Assembly: GCA_017457225.1 (NCBI GenBank) | Contig: JAFTHW010000007.1 | Coordinates: 3,876-67,875 of the forward strand | DNA: 64,000 nt | Source of the DNA: Clostridia bacterium | Lineage (GTDB): Bacteria; Bacillota; Clostridia; Christensenellales; Borkfalkiaceae | Reading direction: 5' to 3' | In this document: positions 37,490-47,090 of the stretch, in pieces | How positions within the stretch are numbered: the stretch's first letter is position 1 | Layout: each line of letters starts with the position of its first letter | Notes under the pieces: generated by a model | Databases searched by the model: none | Told to the model about the DNA's origin: nothing | Seen by the model: only the letters and a program-made list of their open reading frames with translations | Made by a program: the position numbers and the translations under genes

Positions 37490-38845
37490 ATGTTCAGCAA
37501 AAACGAAGTATTAGAAACCATCGCGATGGTAGAAAAAGAGCATTTGGACATTCGCACGATCACGATGGGGATTTCCCTGTTATCCTGTATCCGCGACAGC
37601 GCGGAAGAAACGGCGGACAAGGTATACGATCTCGTATGCAAAAAAGCGGAAAACATCGTAAAGACCGCCGCGGATCTGTCGGGAGAATATGGTATTCCCA
37701 TCGTGAATAAACGCGTATCCGTGACTCCGGTCAGCCTGCTTTGCGCGGCGTTTCCCGAAAAAGCGCCGATTTTGGGCAGAGCGCTTGACAAGGCGGCGGA
37801 AACGCTCGGCATAGACTTTTTAGGCGGATATTCCGCGCTCGTACACAAGGCGACGGCGGAGTACGAACGTAAATTCATTCGCACCATTCCCGAAGTATTG
37901 GCGACGACGAAGAGGCTTTGTTCTTCGGTCAACGTCGGCTCGTCCAAATCGGGAATCAATATGGAAGCGGTGAAAATGATGGGCGAAGTGTTCAAGGAAG
38001 CGGCGGAGCTCACGAAAGACGCGGACGGTATCGGCGCGGCGAAGCTTGTCGTATTCTGTAACGCCGTCGAGGACAACCCCTTTATGGCAGGCGCGTTCCA
38101 CGGTGTCGGCGAAGCGGACACCGTCGTAAACGTAGGCGTTTCCGGACCGGGCGTTGTCAAACACGCCTTAGAACAGATCCCGAACGCGGATTTAACGGAA
38201 GCGGCGGAAATGATCAAACGCACGGCGTTCAAGATCACCCGCGCAGGCCAGCTCGTTGCCAAAGAAGCGGCGAAGCGTTTGAACGCGCAGTTCGGCATCG
38301 TAGACTTATCCCTTGCTCCCACGCCCGCGATGGGGGATTCGGTAGCGCAGATCTTAGAAGAACTCGGAATCGAAACGGTCGGCGGCCACGGCACAACGGC
38401 GGCGCTTGCGATGCTCAACGACGCGGTGAAAAAAGGCGGCGTAATGGCTTCTTCGCGGGTAGGCGGACTCTCGGGCGCGTTCATTCCCGTTTCGGAAGAC
38501 ATCGGAATGATTCAGGCGGCGGAGAAAGGCGAGATCAATTTAGATAAATTGGAAGCAATGACCTGTGTATGCAGCGTAGGGTTGGATATGATCGCAATCC
38601 CCGGCGATACGCCCGCTACGACGATCGCGGCGATGATCGCGGACGAGGCGGCGATCGGTATGATCAACAACAAGACGACGGCGGTACGCATTATTCCCGC
38701 AGTCGGCAAAAAAGTGGGCGATCAGGTAAGTTTTGGCGGCTTGCTCGGCAGAGCGCCCGTAATGCCCGTGCACGGCGTAAGCTCGGCTCGGTTCATCAAC
38801 CGCGGAGGCAATATCCCCGCGCCCATTCATAGCTTTAAAAATTAG
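37490..38845 (+). CDS. UPF0210 (DUF711, PFL-like) family protein
   Basis: The sequence [30 protein letters not shown] starts at ATG 37490, after the ACT gene. The track start at 37373 overlaps that gene. Confidence 0.8.
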   Translation: MFSKNEVLETIAMVEKEHLDIRTITMGISLLSCIRDSAEETADKVYDLVCKKAENIVKTAADLSGEYGIPIVNKRVSVTPVSLLCAAFPEKAPILGRALDKAAETLGIDFLGGYSALVHKATAEYERKFIRTIPEVLATTKRLCSSVNVGSSKSGINMEAVKMMGEVFKEAAELTKDADGIGAAKLVVFCNAVEDNPFMAGAFHGVGEADTVVNVGVSGPGVVKHALEQIPNADLTEAAEMIKRTAFKITRAGQLVAKEAAKRLNAQFGIVDLSLAPTPAMGDSVAQILEELGIETVGGHGTTAALAMLNDAVKKGGVMASSRVGGLSGAFIPVSEDIGMIQAAEKGEINLDKLEAMTCVCSVGLDMIAIPGDTPATTIAAMIADEAAIGMINNKTTAVRIIPAVGKKVGDQVSFGGLLGRAPVMPVHGVSSARFINRGGNIPAPIHSFKN

Positions 38846-38930
38846 GCTCTGTCACAACACTTGGTTGATTTTTTCGTCAAATCGCTAAAAATGCTTTTTA
38901 GCTAAATCAACCAAACTCTATGACATAGCC
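38845..38930 (+). terminator. 86-bp composite palindrome (27-nt imperfect arms plus inner hairpin CTAAAAA/TTTTTAG); probable terminator or small palindromic element
   Basis: The arms are GGCTCTGTCACAACACTTGGTTGATTT and AAATCAACCAAACTCTATGACATAGCC. Confidence 0.45.
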
Positions 38931-38952
38931 AAAAATTAAAAAGGATCGAATT

Positions 38953-40731
38953 ATGGAAAGAAACAATATCGCAGAAAATTTAAAATGGGACTTGACGGCA
39001 GTCTTTTCTTCCGAAGAGAAATGGGAAGAAGAATACAAAGCGGTGGAACAGGAGTACGCAAACTACGATTTTTCCCGTTTTGAGGGAAATTTGTCGGACA
39101 AAAAAACGCTTTTGGAGTGTCTGCAACTCAACGACGCCGTTGGGCGTCGAATGGAGCTATTGTATCTGTACGCGCACACCCGCCACGACGAGGACGTTCG
39201 CGTGGCTTCGGCAACGGCCGCGCTCTCCAAAATCGGCGCGCTGTTCTCCAAGATCTTTTCGGGTTTTGCCTTTGTAGAGCCCGAACTCACAAAATTGGAT
39301 TCGAGTACGCTCGAGGGCTTTATTGCCGATCCCGACTTTGCGCCTTACGAATATATGCTCCGCAAGATCGTAGCGACGAAAGAGCACGTGTTGAGCGCGG
39401 CGGAGGAAAAACTACTGACCCTTGGTAGCGACGTTATGGGGGATTTCCAATCGGTTTTCCAAATGCTCAATAACGCGAACTTGAATTTGGAAAAAGCGGA
39501 ATTTCAGGGCGAAGAAACTCAGATCAGCCACGGTATGTACGGAGTCGCGCTCCGTTCGGGTACGCAGGCGGAGAGAAAGGAATGGTTTGAGAAATACTAC
39601 GCGGCGTATATCCGACTCATCGACACCATCACGCAGACGTATTATTCCAACGTAAAAAAGGACGTTTTCTATAAAACGGTGAGAGGATACGAGAGCTGTC
39701 TTTCGATGGCGCTGCAAAGAGAGGACGTACAGCCCAAAGTCTATGAAAATCTGATCGAGAGCGTGCATAAGGCGTTGCCCGTGATGCACGAATACGTTTC
39801 CGTCCGCAAGCAAGTGCTCGGGTTTGAGAAACAACATATGTACGATATCTACGTACCGCTCGTGGAGAACGCGGACATTCAACTCCCGTTTGAAGAAGCG
39901 TACGAACTCGTGATCAAAGGTCTTGCTCCTCTTGGGGAAGACTATCAAAATCTTTTGAGAAAAGCGAGAGCGGAACGTTGGATCGACGTTTGCGAAAACG
40001 AGGGCAAGCGTAGCGGCGCGTATTCGTCGGGCGTGTACGACAGCCATCCGTACGTTCTTTTGAATTATCAACCCACGACCAACGATATGTTCACGATCGC
40101 CCACGAGATGGGACACGCGATGCATTCGTATAAATCCAACGCAACGCAACCGTACGCAAAAGCGTCCTACACCATTTTCTTGGCAGAGATCGCAAGTACG
40201 GTCAACGAAGTGTTGTTGCTCAAATATCTGTATAACAATACGCAGGACGTACAGCTCAAAAAATACTTGCTCAACTACTATATGGATATGTTCAAGGCAA
40301 CGCTGTTCCGTCAAACGCAGTTTGCGGAATTCGAGCAGATCGCGCACGGAAAAGTGGAGTCGGGTGAGCCGCTCACGAAAGAAAATCTTTGCGAAGCGTA
40401 TTATAAGTTGAATCGGGAGTACTACGGCGAGGGGATCGAGCACGATCAAGAGATCGCGTACGAATGGGCGAGAATTCCCCATTTCTACAATTCTTTCTAC
40501 GTGTACAAGTATGCGACGGGTATTATTTCGGCAATCTCGATTGTCAATCGGATTTTGTCGGAGGGTGAGAGCGCGGTAAAAGATTATTTCCGCTTCCTCT
40601 CTTCGGGCGGTTGCGATGATCCCGTATCCATCTTACAGCGCGCAGGCGTGGATCTGACGAAGAAAGAGCCGTTTGAAGTGGCGATGAAAGAATTTGAAAA
40701 CGCGCTCCAAGAATTTAAGAGTCTTTTATAA
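38953..40731 (+). CDS. pepF: Oligoendopeptidase F (M3B)
   Basis: It carries the HEMGHAMH zinc motif and is 592 aa. Confidence 0.9.
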   Translation: MERNNIAENLKWDLTAVFSSEEKWEEEYKAVEQEYANYDFSRFEGNLSDKKTLLECLQLNDAVGRRMELLYLYAHTRHDEDVRVASATAALSKIGALFSKIFSGFAFVEPELTKLDSSTLEGFIADPDFAPYEYMLRKIVATKEHVLSAAEEKLLTLGSDVMGDFQSVFQMLNNANLNLEKAEFQGEETQISHGMYGVALRSGTQAERKEWFEKYYAAYIRLIDTITQTYYSNVKKDVFYKTVRGYESCLSMALQREDVQPKVYENLIESVHKALPVMHEYVSVRKQVLGFEKQHMYDIYVPLVENADIQLPFEEAYELVIKGLAPLGEDYQNLLRKARAERWIDVCENEGKRSGAYSSGVYDSHPYVLLNYQPTTNDMFTIAHEMGHAMHSYKSNATQPYAKASYTIFLAEIASTVNEVLLLKYLYNNTQDVQLKKYLLNYYMDMFKATLFRQTQFAEFEQIAHGKVESGEPLTKENLCEAYYKLNREYYGEGIEHDQEIAYEWARIPHFYNSFYVYKYATGIISAISIVNRILSEGESAVKDYFRFLSSGGCDDPVSILQRAGVDLTKKEPFEVAMKEFENALQEFKSLL

Positions 40732-40760
40732 GAAAATTACGAAAGAAAGAGGGAAACACT

Positions 40761-42272
40761 ATGGCAAACGAAATCAACGCGATGCCTTACAACCGCGATG
40801 CGGAAATGGCGCTCTTGGGGTGCTTGCTGATCGACAACGATATTGCGGCGGAACTCGTCGAAAAGTTGTCGGAAGAGGATTTTTATCAAGAATCGCATAA
40901 ATACGTTCTTCGCGCGATGCAACGGGTATTCAACAATCGAAAACCCGTCGATCTCGTCACGGTGGCGGACGAATTGGAAACGGAGGGAACGCTGGAAAAA
41001 GCGGGCGGGATCACGTATCTTACCGATCTCACGCAGATCACTCCGTCGGCGGCAAACTACAAATCCTATTACGAGATCGTCGCAAGGGACAGCGTCAATC
41101 GAAAACTTATTCGCGCGTCTAGAAAGATTATCGAAACCTCGATGAAAGCCTCGGACGAACAACAGGCATTGGCGTTCGCGGAAAAGAGTATTTACGACAT
41201 CTCCAAGCAAACCGAGCGTTCCGCGCTCGTCGGTATGAACGACGACGATATCATCGGCGAAGTTTTACAACGCTTTGAAAAATTGCAGTCGGATAAAGAT
41301 GCGTATAAGGGGATTCCCACAGGCTTCAAACGTTTGGATAAGATCACAAACGGTTTGCAAGCAGGCGCTTTGATCGTCCTTGCGGCTCGCCCCGGTATGG
41401 GTAAAACGTCGCTCGCGATGAATCTTGTCGAACACGCCGCGCTCCGCGCGGGAAAGACCTGCGCCGTATTCTCTCTCGAAATGCCCCGCCACGAAATCGT
41501 ACAAAGGCTCATATGTTCCTATGCGAACGTGAGTATGAAAAACGCATTGTCGGGCGAACTTTCCAGTAAAGAGTGGAAAAAACTGATGGTCGCAGGCGAT
41601 CAATTAAAAAAGAGCAATATTTTCATCGATGACTCTTCGCGCGTAACGCCTGCGGAGATTTTGTCCAAGTGCCGCCGCTTAAAGACGACGGCAGGCGGAG
41701 TCGATCTCGTGATGATCGACTATATCCAGTTGATGTCGGGCGGGTCTTCCAATCTCGCCGGCAGCGAAAACAGACAGCAAGAAGTCGCTTCCATTACGCG
41801 TGATCTGAAAATTATGGCGAAAGAGTTGGGCGTTCCCGTGATCGCACTGTCCCAGCTTCGCCGTATTCAATCCAAAGAACCGCAGCTTTCCGACCTTCGT
41901 GAATCGGGCGCGATCGAGCAAGACGCTGACATCGTTATGTTTATCAGCCGTCCGGAGCTTATGGCAACGCAGGAAGAATTGGCTTCGGGCAAGGTCGTTA
42001 AGGGCGCGGCGGAATTGATTTTGGCAAAGCATAGAGCCGGCGAACAAGGCCGTGTGTCCTTGAAATTTATCGGCGAATATACGAAATTCGTGGACGTGGA
42101 CGAACAAAACCGCAACGACGAGCCGCCCGATTTTTCGCGCGCGCCGCAGCCGTATGAAGAGGAGGAAGAGGAATACGTTGCCCCTGAGGACGATTATATC
42201 CCTCCCGAACCTCCCGTCCGTAGAAGCGATTTGAAATCACTAAACGGAGACGACGAACTTCCTTTTGATTGA
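40761..42272 (+). CDS. dnaB: Replicative DNA helicase (DnaB family; DnaC in B. subtilis nomenclature) with a ~55-aa acidic C-terminal extension
   Basis: N-terminus PYNRDAEMALLGCLL, Walker A ARPGMGKTS, Walker B DLVMIDYIQLM, plus SQLRR and ESGAIEQDADIV. Confidence 0.9.
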   Translation: MANEINAMPYNRDAEMALLGCLLIDNDIAAELVEKLSEEDFYQESHKYVLRAMQRVFNNRKPVDLVTVADELETEGTLEKAGGITYLTDLTQITPSAANYKSYYEIVARDSVNRKLIRASRKIIETSMKASDEQQALAFAEKSIYDISKQTERSALVGMNDDDIIGEVLQRFEKLQSDKDAYKGIPTGFKRLDKITNGLQAGALIVLAARPGMGKTSLAMNLVEHAALRAGKTCAVFSLEMPRHEIVQRLICSYANVSMKNALSGELSSKEWKKLMVAGDQLKKSNIFIDDSSRVTPAEILSKCRRLKTTAGGVDLVMIDYIQLMSGGSSNLAGSENRQQEVASITRDLKIMAKELGVPVIALSQLRRIQSKEPQLSDLRESGAIEQDADIVMFISRPELMATQEELASGKVVKGAAELILAKHRAGEQGRVSLKFIGEYTKFVDVDEQNRNDEPPDFSRAPQPYEEEEEEYVAPEDDYIPPEPPVRRSDLKSLNGDDELPFD

Positions 42273-42285
42273 TAGTGGAACGGAT

Positions 42286-43299
42286 ATGGAAACGAAGATA
42301 AAACCCATCTCCTTAGACAGTTTACAGGAGGCGAAAAATATTATATTCAGCGGCGGCGTCGTGGCAATGCCCACCGAAACAGTGTACGGATTGGGCGCAA
42401 ACGCCTTTGACGACGGAGCGGTCAAAAAGATCTTCGAGATCAAAGGCAGACCCAACGACAATCCGCTCATTGCGCACGTACACGAAGATTACGATTTGTC
42501 GAAGATCATCGATTACGATCCTCCGTACGCGAAAAAATTACGGGAAGCGTTTTTGCCCGGTCCGTTGACACTCGTGTATCCCTCGAAAGGGAGAGTGAGC
42601 CCCCGCGTTTCCTGCGGTTTGGACACGTTGGCGGTACGAATTCCCTCGCACGAGGGCGCGCAGGCGTTTTTAAAAGAAGTGAACGTTCCCATCGTTGCGC
42701 CCAGCGCCAATCTTTCCCGTCACGTGAGCCCGACTTCGGCTCGGCACGTGTTCGACGATTTTGAGGGAAAAATTCCGCTCATCTTGGACGGCGGAGAATG
42801 TGTCGGCGGCATCGAGAGTACGGTTTGCGACGTCACGGGTGAAATTCCAGTGATCTTGCGTCCGGGACTCATCACGAGAGAAATGATCGCCGAGGTCGTC
42901 GGAGATTGTGAGGAGTACACCCTCGTTCCCGACGGAGGAAAGGTGAGAAGTCCGGGTGTTCTGTACAAGCATTACGCGCCCCGATGCAAAACGTTGCTTT
43001 TTACGTGCGAAAATCTTGAAAACGCAATTTTGATGTATATGCGTGAATCCCTTGAAAATAAACGGGTTGCGGCGCTTTGCGAAGAAAAGCGAATTTCCGA
43101 TTTTGAAAAAATCGGCGCTAAGACGCTCAACCTCGGGAAAAATCAGGCGGAAATGGCAATGCGATTGTATCGTTTGCTTCGGGAAGCGGAGAAGATTTGC
43201 GACGTGCTGATCGTTGTAGAGCCGACTGAAAAAGAGGGCGTTATGCGTGGCGTTATGAACCGTTTGAGAAAGGCGTGTACGTCCGAGGACGTAAAATAG
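42286..43299 (+). CDS. tsaC: L-threonylcarbamoyladenylate synthase (Sua5/YwlC type)
   Basis: Motifs PTETVYGLGANA and KGRPNDNPLI are present, plus a C-terminal Sua5 domain. An alternative TTG start lies at 42265. Confidence 0.85.
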   Translation: METKIKPISLDSLQEAKNIIFSGGVVAMPTETVYGLGANAFDDGAVKKIFEIKGRPNDNPLIAHVHEDYDLSKIIDYDPPYAKKLREAFLPGPLTLVYPSKGRVSPRVSCGLDTLAVRIPSHEGAQAFLKEVNVPIVAPSANLSRHVSPTSARHVFDDFEGKIPLILDGGECVGGIESTVCDVTGEIPVILRPGLITREMIAEVVGDCEEYTLVPDGGKVRSPGVLYKHYAPRCKTLLFTCENLENAILMYMRESLENKRVAALCEEKRISDFEKIGAKTLNLGKNQAEMAMRLYRLLREAEKICDVLIVVEPTEKEGVMRGVMNRLRKACTSEDVK

Positions 43300-43339
43300 G
43301 AAAACGAAAATATGAGCAAAGGAGGCGAGCAGGTACGAG

Positions 43340-43867
43340 ATGAGCAGACCTAAAATGAAAAGAATACTCTTCGTTTGCACGGGGAATACCTGTCGTTCTC
43401 CGATGGCGGAAGTCATTTTAAAGGACAAGCTTCTTCAAGCGGGAGTAAAAAACGTCAAAGTCTATTCGGCGGGTATTCGCGCCACCGTCGGATCTCCGAT
43501 GAATGAGAAAACGGCGCAAACCCTTATGGAGAAAGGGTTTGAAGAGGTTAAGTTTTCCTCGGCGCAACTGACGGACAAGCTGTTGAAAGAGGCGTACGCG
43601 ATCGTTTGTATGACCGATTCTCAGAGGGATATTTTGATGGATATGCGTTGGAACACGCTTCGGAAAGCAGGTGAAGAAAACATTGAAAATAATGTGTATT
43701 GTTTTTCGGAGTTGACGGGTTACGAGGTGCTAGATCCTTACGGAAAAGATTTGGATTGTTACCGATACGTTTACGAGTTACTCGCGGGGGGTATGTCCGC
43801 GTTGATTGAAAAACTGTTGCCTGTTCAAGAGAAGAAAAGGACAACGAGAAAATCGTCTAAAAAGTAA
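43340..43867 (+). CDS. Low-molecular-weight protein phosphatase (YwlE-like arginine/tyrosine phosphatase)
   Basis: It has the CTGNTCRSP P-loop and a DPYG motif. Confidence 0.8.
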   Translation: MSRPKMKRILFVCTGNTCRSPMAEVILKDKLLQAGVKNVKVYSAGIRATVGSPMNEKTAQTLMEKGFEEVKFSSAQLTDKLLKEAYAIVCMTDSQRDILMDMRWNTLRKAGEENIENNVYCFSELTGYEVLDPYGKDLDCYRYVYELLAGGMSALIEKLLPVQEKKRTTRKSSKK

Positions 43868-43908
43868 AAAACACGGAGGGAAATCCGTTTTTGAAAGGAG
43901 AAAAAATT

Positions 43909-44361
43909 ATGAAAATTGCAGTTGCTTGTGATCACGGCGGTTTGAATTTAAAAAAAGCCGTTATTGCGTTTGTGGAGAAGCTCGGACACGAAGTGAAAGA
44001 TTTCGGAACGTACACAACGGATTCTTGCGATTATCCCGATTTTGCCGCGGCGGCAGCGGAAAGTGTTGCTTCGGGCGAGTGTGAACGCGGAATTTTGGTG
44101 TGTTCTTCGGGAATCGGGGTATCCATGGTCGCGAATAAAGTGCCCGGGGTACGTTGCGCGCATTGTCACGACACGTATTGCGCAAAATATACTCGCTTGC
44201 ATAACAATGCGAACGTGATTGCGTTTGGGGAGAAAGTCGTCGGCGAGGGCTTGATGCAAGAAATTGTCAGCCTCTTTTTAAACACCGAATACGAGGGCGG
44301 CGAACGTCACGACCGCAGAGTTGCCAAAATTGCGGCGCTTGAGAAAAAATATAGCAAATAA
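43909..44361 (+). CDS. rpiB: Ribose-5-phosphate isomerase B
   Basis: Motifs MKIAVACDHGG and GILVCSSGIGVS are present. RBS AAAGGAGAA precedes ATG 43909. Confidence 0.9.
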   Translation: MKIAVACDHGGLNLKKAVIAFVEKLGHEVKDFGTYTTDSCDYPDFAAAAAESVASGECERGILVCSSGIGVSMVANKVPGVRCAHCHDTYCAKYTRLHNNANVIAFGEKVVGEGLMQEIVSLFLNTEYEGGERHDRRVAKIAALEKKYSK

Positions 44362-44401
44362 ACGCGAATGCGTTGAATTATAAACAAAAGGGAGATAAAT
44401 T

Positions 44402-45055
44402 ATGGCGAACTTTACTTTTCAAAACAACCCCAAATTCCATCACGTAAAACACCCGCTAATCGAGCATAAATTGGCAATTTTGCGCGATATTAACACCAAT
44501 ACCAAGCAATTTATGGAGCTCGCGGAAGAAATTGCAATGCTCATCACCTACGAAGCTACCAAGGATTTGCCCTTGGAAGAAGTGATGGTGGAAACTCCGT
44601 TGGAAACGGCAAAATGTTATATGGTTTCTGGTAAAGCGGTTGGGATCGTTCCCATTCTGCGCGCGGGACTTGGTATGGTTTCGGGCGTACAAAAGCTCAT
44701 TCCCAATGCGAAAGTGGGGCATATCGGCTTGTACCGTGACCACGATACGCACGAGCCTGTGGAATATTATTGCAAGTTGCCTGCGGACGCGGAACAGCGT
44801 ACGTTGATCGTGGTAGACCCGATGTTGGCGACGGGCGGTAGCGCGGCGGACGCGATCACGATGATCAAAAAACGCGGCGTGACGAAAGTGAAACTTTGCT
44901 GTATCGTAAGCGCGCCCGAGGGAGTTCAAAAAGTAATGGACGCGCATCCCGACGTGGACGTTTACGTAGCGGCACTGGATCGTTGCTTGAACGAAAATTG
45001 CTACATTTTGCCCGGTTTGGGAGATGCAGGCGACAGATTGTTCGGCACGAAATAA
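44402..45055 (+). CDS. upp: Uracil phosphoribosyltransferase
   Basis: Motifs [24 protein letters not shown] and [15 protein letters not shown] are present. Confidence 0.9.
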   Translation: MANFTFQNNPKFHHVKHPLIEHKLAILRDINTNTKQFMELAEEIAMLITYEATKDLPLEEVMVETPLETAKCYMVSGKAVGIVPILRAGLGMVSGVQKLIPNAKVGHIGLYRDHDTHEPVEYYCKLPADAEQRTLIVVDPMLATGGSAADAITMIKKRGVTKVKLCCIVSAPEGVQKVMDAHPDVDVYVAALDRCLNENCYILPGLGDAGDRLFGTK

Positions 45056-45085
45056 GAACGGGAACGGTTTGAAAGGAAAAGAAAA

Positions 45086-45784
45086 ATGAAAAAAATTGTG
45101 GCGATCGGCGGGGGAGAACTCCGTGAAAAAACGACTTTGGGTATAGACGAGTACATCGCGAAGCTCGCGAAAGAGCGCGCGGGGGACCGTCGCGCAAACG
45201 CGCTGTTTATTCCCACCGCCAGCCACGATTTTATGCCGTATTATAACACGTTTCACAAGGTCTATACGGGTGTATTCAATATCAAGACGGACGTTGCGCT
45301 GACGGTTTTTAAAGACGTGGATTTGGCGAGAATGAAAGAAAAATTCCTCAAAGCGGACGTGATCTACGTTGGCGGCGGCGACACCGTATTTATGATCGAG
45401 AGTTGGAAGCGCACGGGACTGCTTCCCTTGCTTCAAGACGCCTATGAAAGAGGCGTTATTTTAGCGGGGTTGTCCGCAGGAGCGATTTGTTGGTTTTCGG
45501 ATATTTATACGGATTCGGCGGCGGAACTCACGGGAGAACAGTACGCAATGTTTTCGGGATTGGGCTGGATAAAAGGCGTAATTTCTCCGCATTATGGCGC
45601 AAGAATGCTTGACTTTGATAAAATAGTGTGTTATAATTACGACTGTGCTTACGGGATCGAGGACAACGCAGCGATCGTGCTACAAGACGGCGAAATTGTC
45701 GGGAGTGTAACGAGCGGCGGTAAGGCTTGGAAGTTGGAGCGTAAGGACGGAGTTTTGGAGAAGACGGAGATCAAGCCTATCTAA
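45086..45784 (+). CDS. Peptidase S51 / type-1 glutamine-amidotransferase-like protein (peptidase E family)
   Basis: Motifs VGGGDTVFM and GLSAGAICWF (nucleophile Ser) are present. Confidence 0.7.
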   Translation: MKKIVAIGGGELREKTTLGIDEYIAKLAKERAGDRRANALFIPTASHDFMPYYNTFHKVYTGVFNIKTDVALTVFKDVDLARMKEKFLKADVIYVGGGDTVFMIESWKRTGLLPLLQDAYERGVILAGLSAGAICWFSDIYTDSAAELTGEQYAMFSGLGWIKGVISPHYGARMLDFDKIVCYNYDCAYGIEDNAAIVLQDGEIVGSVTSGGKAWKLERKDGVLEKTEIKPI

Positions 45785-45801
45785 AGCGGACAAAAAAATA
45801 A

Positions 45802-45884
45802 GCGGATGTGGCGAATCTGGCAGACGCGCAGGTTTCAGGTTCCTGTGGGAGACCATATGGGTTCGAGTCCCTTCATCCGCACCA
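45802..45884 (+). tRNA. tRNA-Leu (anticodon CAG), class II with encoded CCA
   Basis: I folded it manually. The acceptor is GCGGATG/CATCCGC, the anticodon arm CAGGT-TTCAGGT-TCCTG, the variable arm TGG-GAGA-CCA, and the T loop TTCGAGT. Two U-U mismatches (31-39, 50-64) lower confidence slightly. Confidence 0.8.
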
Positions 45885-45891
45885 ACAAGAT

Positions 45892-46273
45892 GCACCCTTT
45901 GGGGTGCATTTTTCGTTGGTGCGGATGAAGGGAAGAACGAAGAAGCCATCGGGTTCGCGCGAGCCGTTGAAGACGGCGAAGCCCTGCCGAGGCTCCGCAA
46001 AGCGGAAACGGCGGATACCCTTCATCGCGGTATAATATAAATGCGAACGCACCCTTTGGGGTGCGTTTTTGCGTGGTGCGGATGAAGGGAAGAACGAAGA
46101 AACCATCGGGTTCGCGCGAGCTGTTGAAGACGGCGAAGCCCTGCCGAGGCTCCGCAAAGCGGAAACGGCAGATACCCTTCATCGCGGTATAATATAAATG
46201 CAAACGCACCCTTTGGGGTGCGTTTTTGCTTGGTGCGGATGAAGGGAAGAACGAAGAAGCCATTGGGTTCGGA
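45892..46273 (+). repeat. Tandem repeat, 157-bp unit x 2.4. Each unit starts with a terminator hairpin and contains a 17-nt antisense copy of the tRNA-Leu 3' end
   Basis: Units begin at 45892, 46049 and 46206 (GCACCCTTTGGGGTGC plus a T-run). TGGTGCGGATGAAGGGA occurs at 45917-45933, 46074-46090 and 46231-46247. Confidence 0.9.
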
Positions 46274-46970
46274 AAATGCTTGCATTTTTTTGGGAAAGCC
46301 AAGTCTCCTTTATCACGGTATAAAAACTATCGTGCTTCATGAGAAGAAGCCTTTGGGATTAAGAAACGCCCACACTCAATCGCAAATTTTCACGGAAACA
46401 CAAAGCTTCGTTACAAGCTAATTTTTTCTTTTTGAATTATCGATCAATTCATACGGAATTTTCATAAAGTCAAGGGGACGATAAAATAAATACAGTAGTT
46501 TTATTTTTCGTCAGACACTCCGATAATTTGCCTTTTTGCAAAAAACGCAAAAAAACAAATTTCGGTATCTTCCCCGTCGGGGCATTTCCTTGACTTTTGC
46601 AAATTCAACCTTACCTAAGTAAGGGTTGCAAGCGCGCCTTGCAACCCTGTTTCTATTGTGGGGGCTTGGTTAAGTCGAGCGTTTTCAAAATTAAAAAGGC
46701 AGGTAAAGGAAGTATGAACAAATTGAGAAAAGACGAGTTTAGAAAGCTTATCGAAATGCTTAAAAGTTAGGTTTCGATAGTGATGAAATCGTCGAAATTC
46801 TCTTATTTATCGAGAGTTAAAGTAAAATAAAAAAGCCGTTCGTTTCCGAACGGCAACACCCGAAGCGTAGGGTAAACAACCTGCCTACACCCTATGCTTC
46901 ACTCAAATCTAACAATAGTATAACACACCAAAAAACAAAAAGTCAATCATTTTTAAGGAGAAATTTTATT

Positions 46971-47090
46971 ATGAGGATTACTTGCAGTTGGGAAAAACCT
47001 TTAGGAACGTGTTACAGTCAATATGACGAAGAAAAAAACACCCCATCACGATTTACGGCGGTGGAAACGTACTTGCAGTATTTTGAATAA
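46971..47090 (+). CDS. 39-aa hypothetical small protein (MRITCSWEKPLGTCYSQYDEEKNTPSRFTAVETYLQYFE)
   Basis: RBS AAGGAG lies 10 nt upstream. An AT hairpin terminator (AAAGATTTagtAAATCTTTTT) follows directly. It is too short for the ORF track. Confidence 0.35.
   Translation: MRITCSWEKPLGTCYSQYDEEKNTPSRFTAVETYLQYFE

Noticed and set aside
45808-46302. ORFs on both strands across the 157-bp repeats (75, 94, 87, 106 and 155 aa).
   Set aside because: The unit length of 157 is not divisible by 3, so the 'repeat proteins' change frame. One starts inside the tRNA, and none has an RBS.
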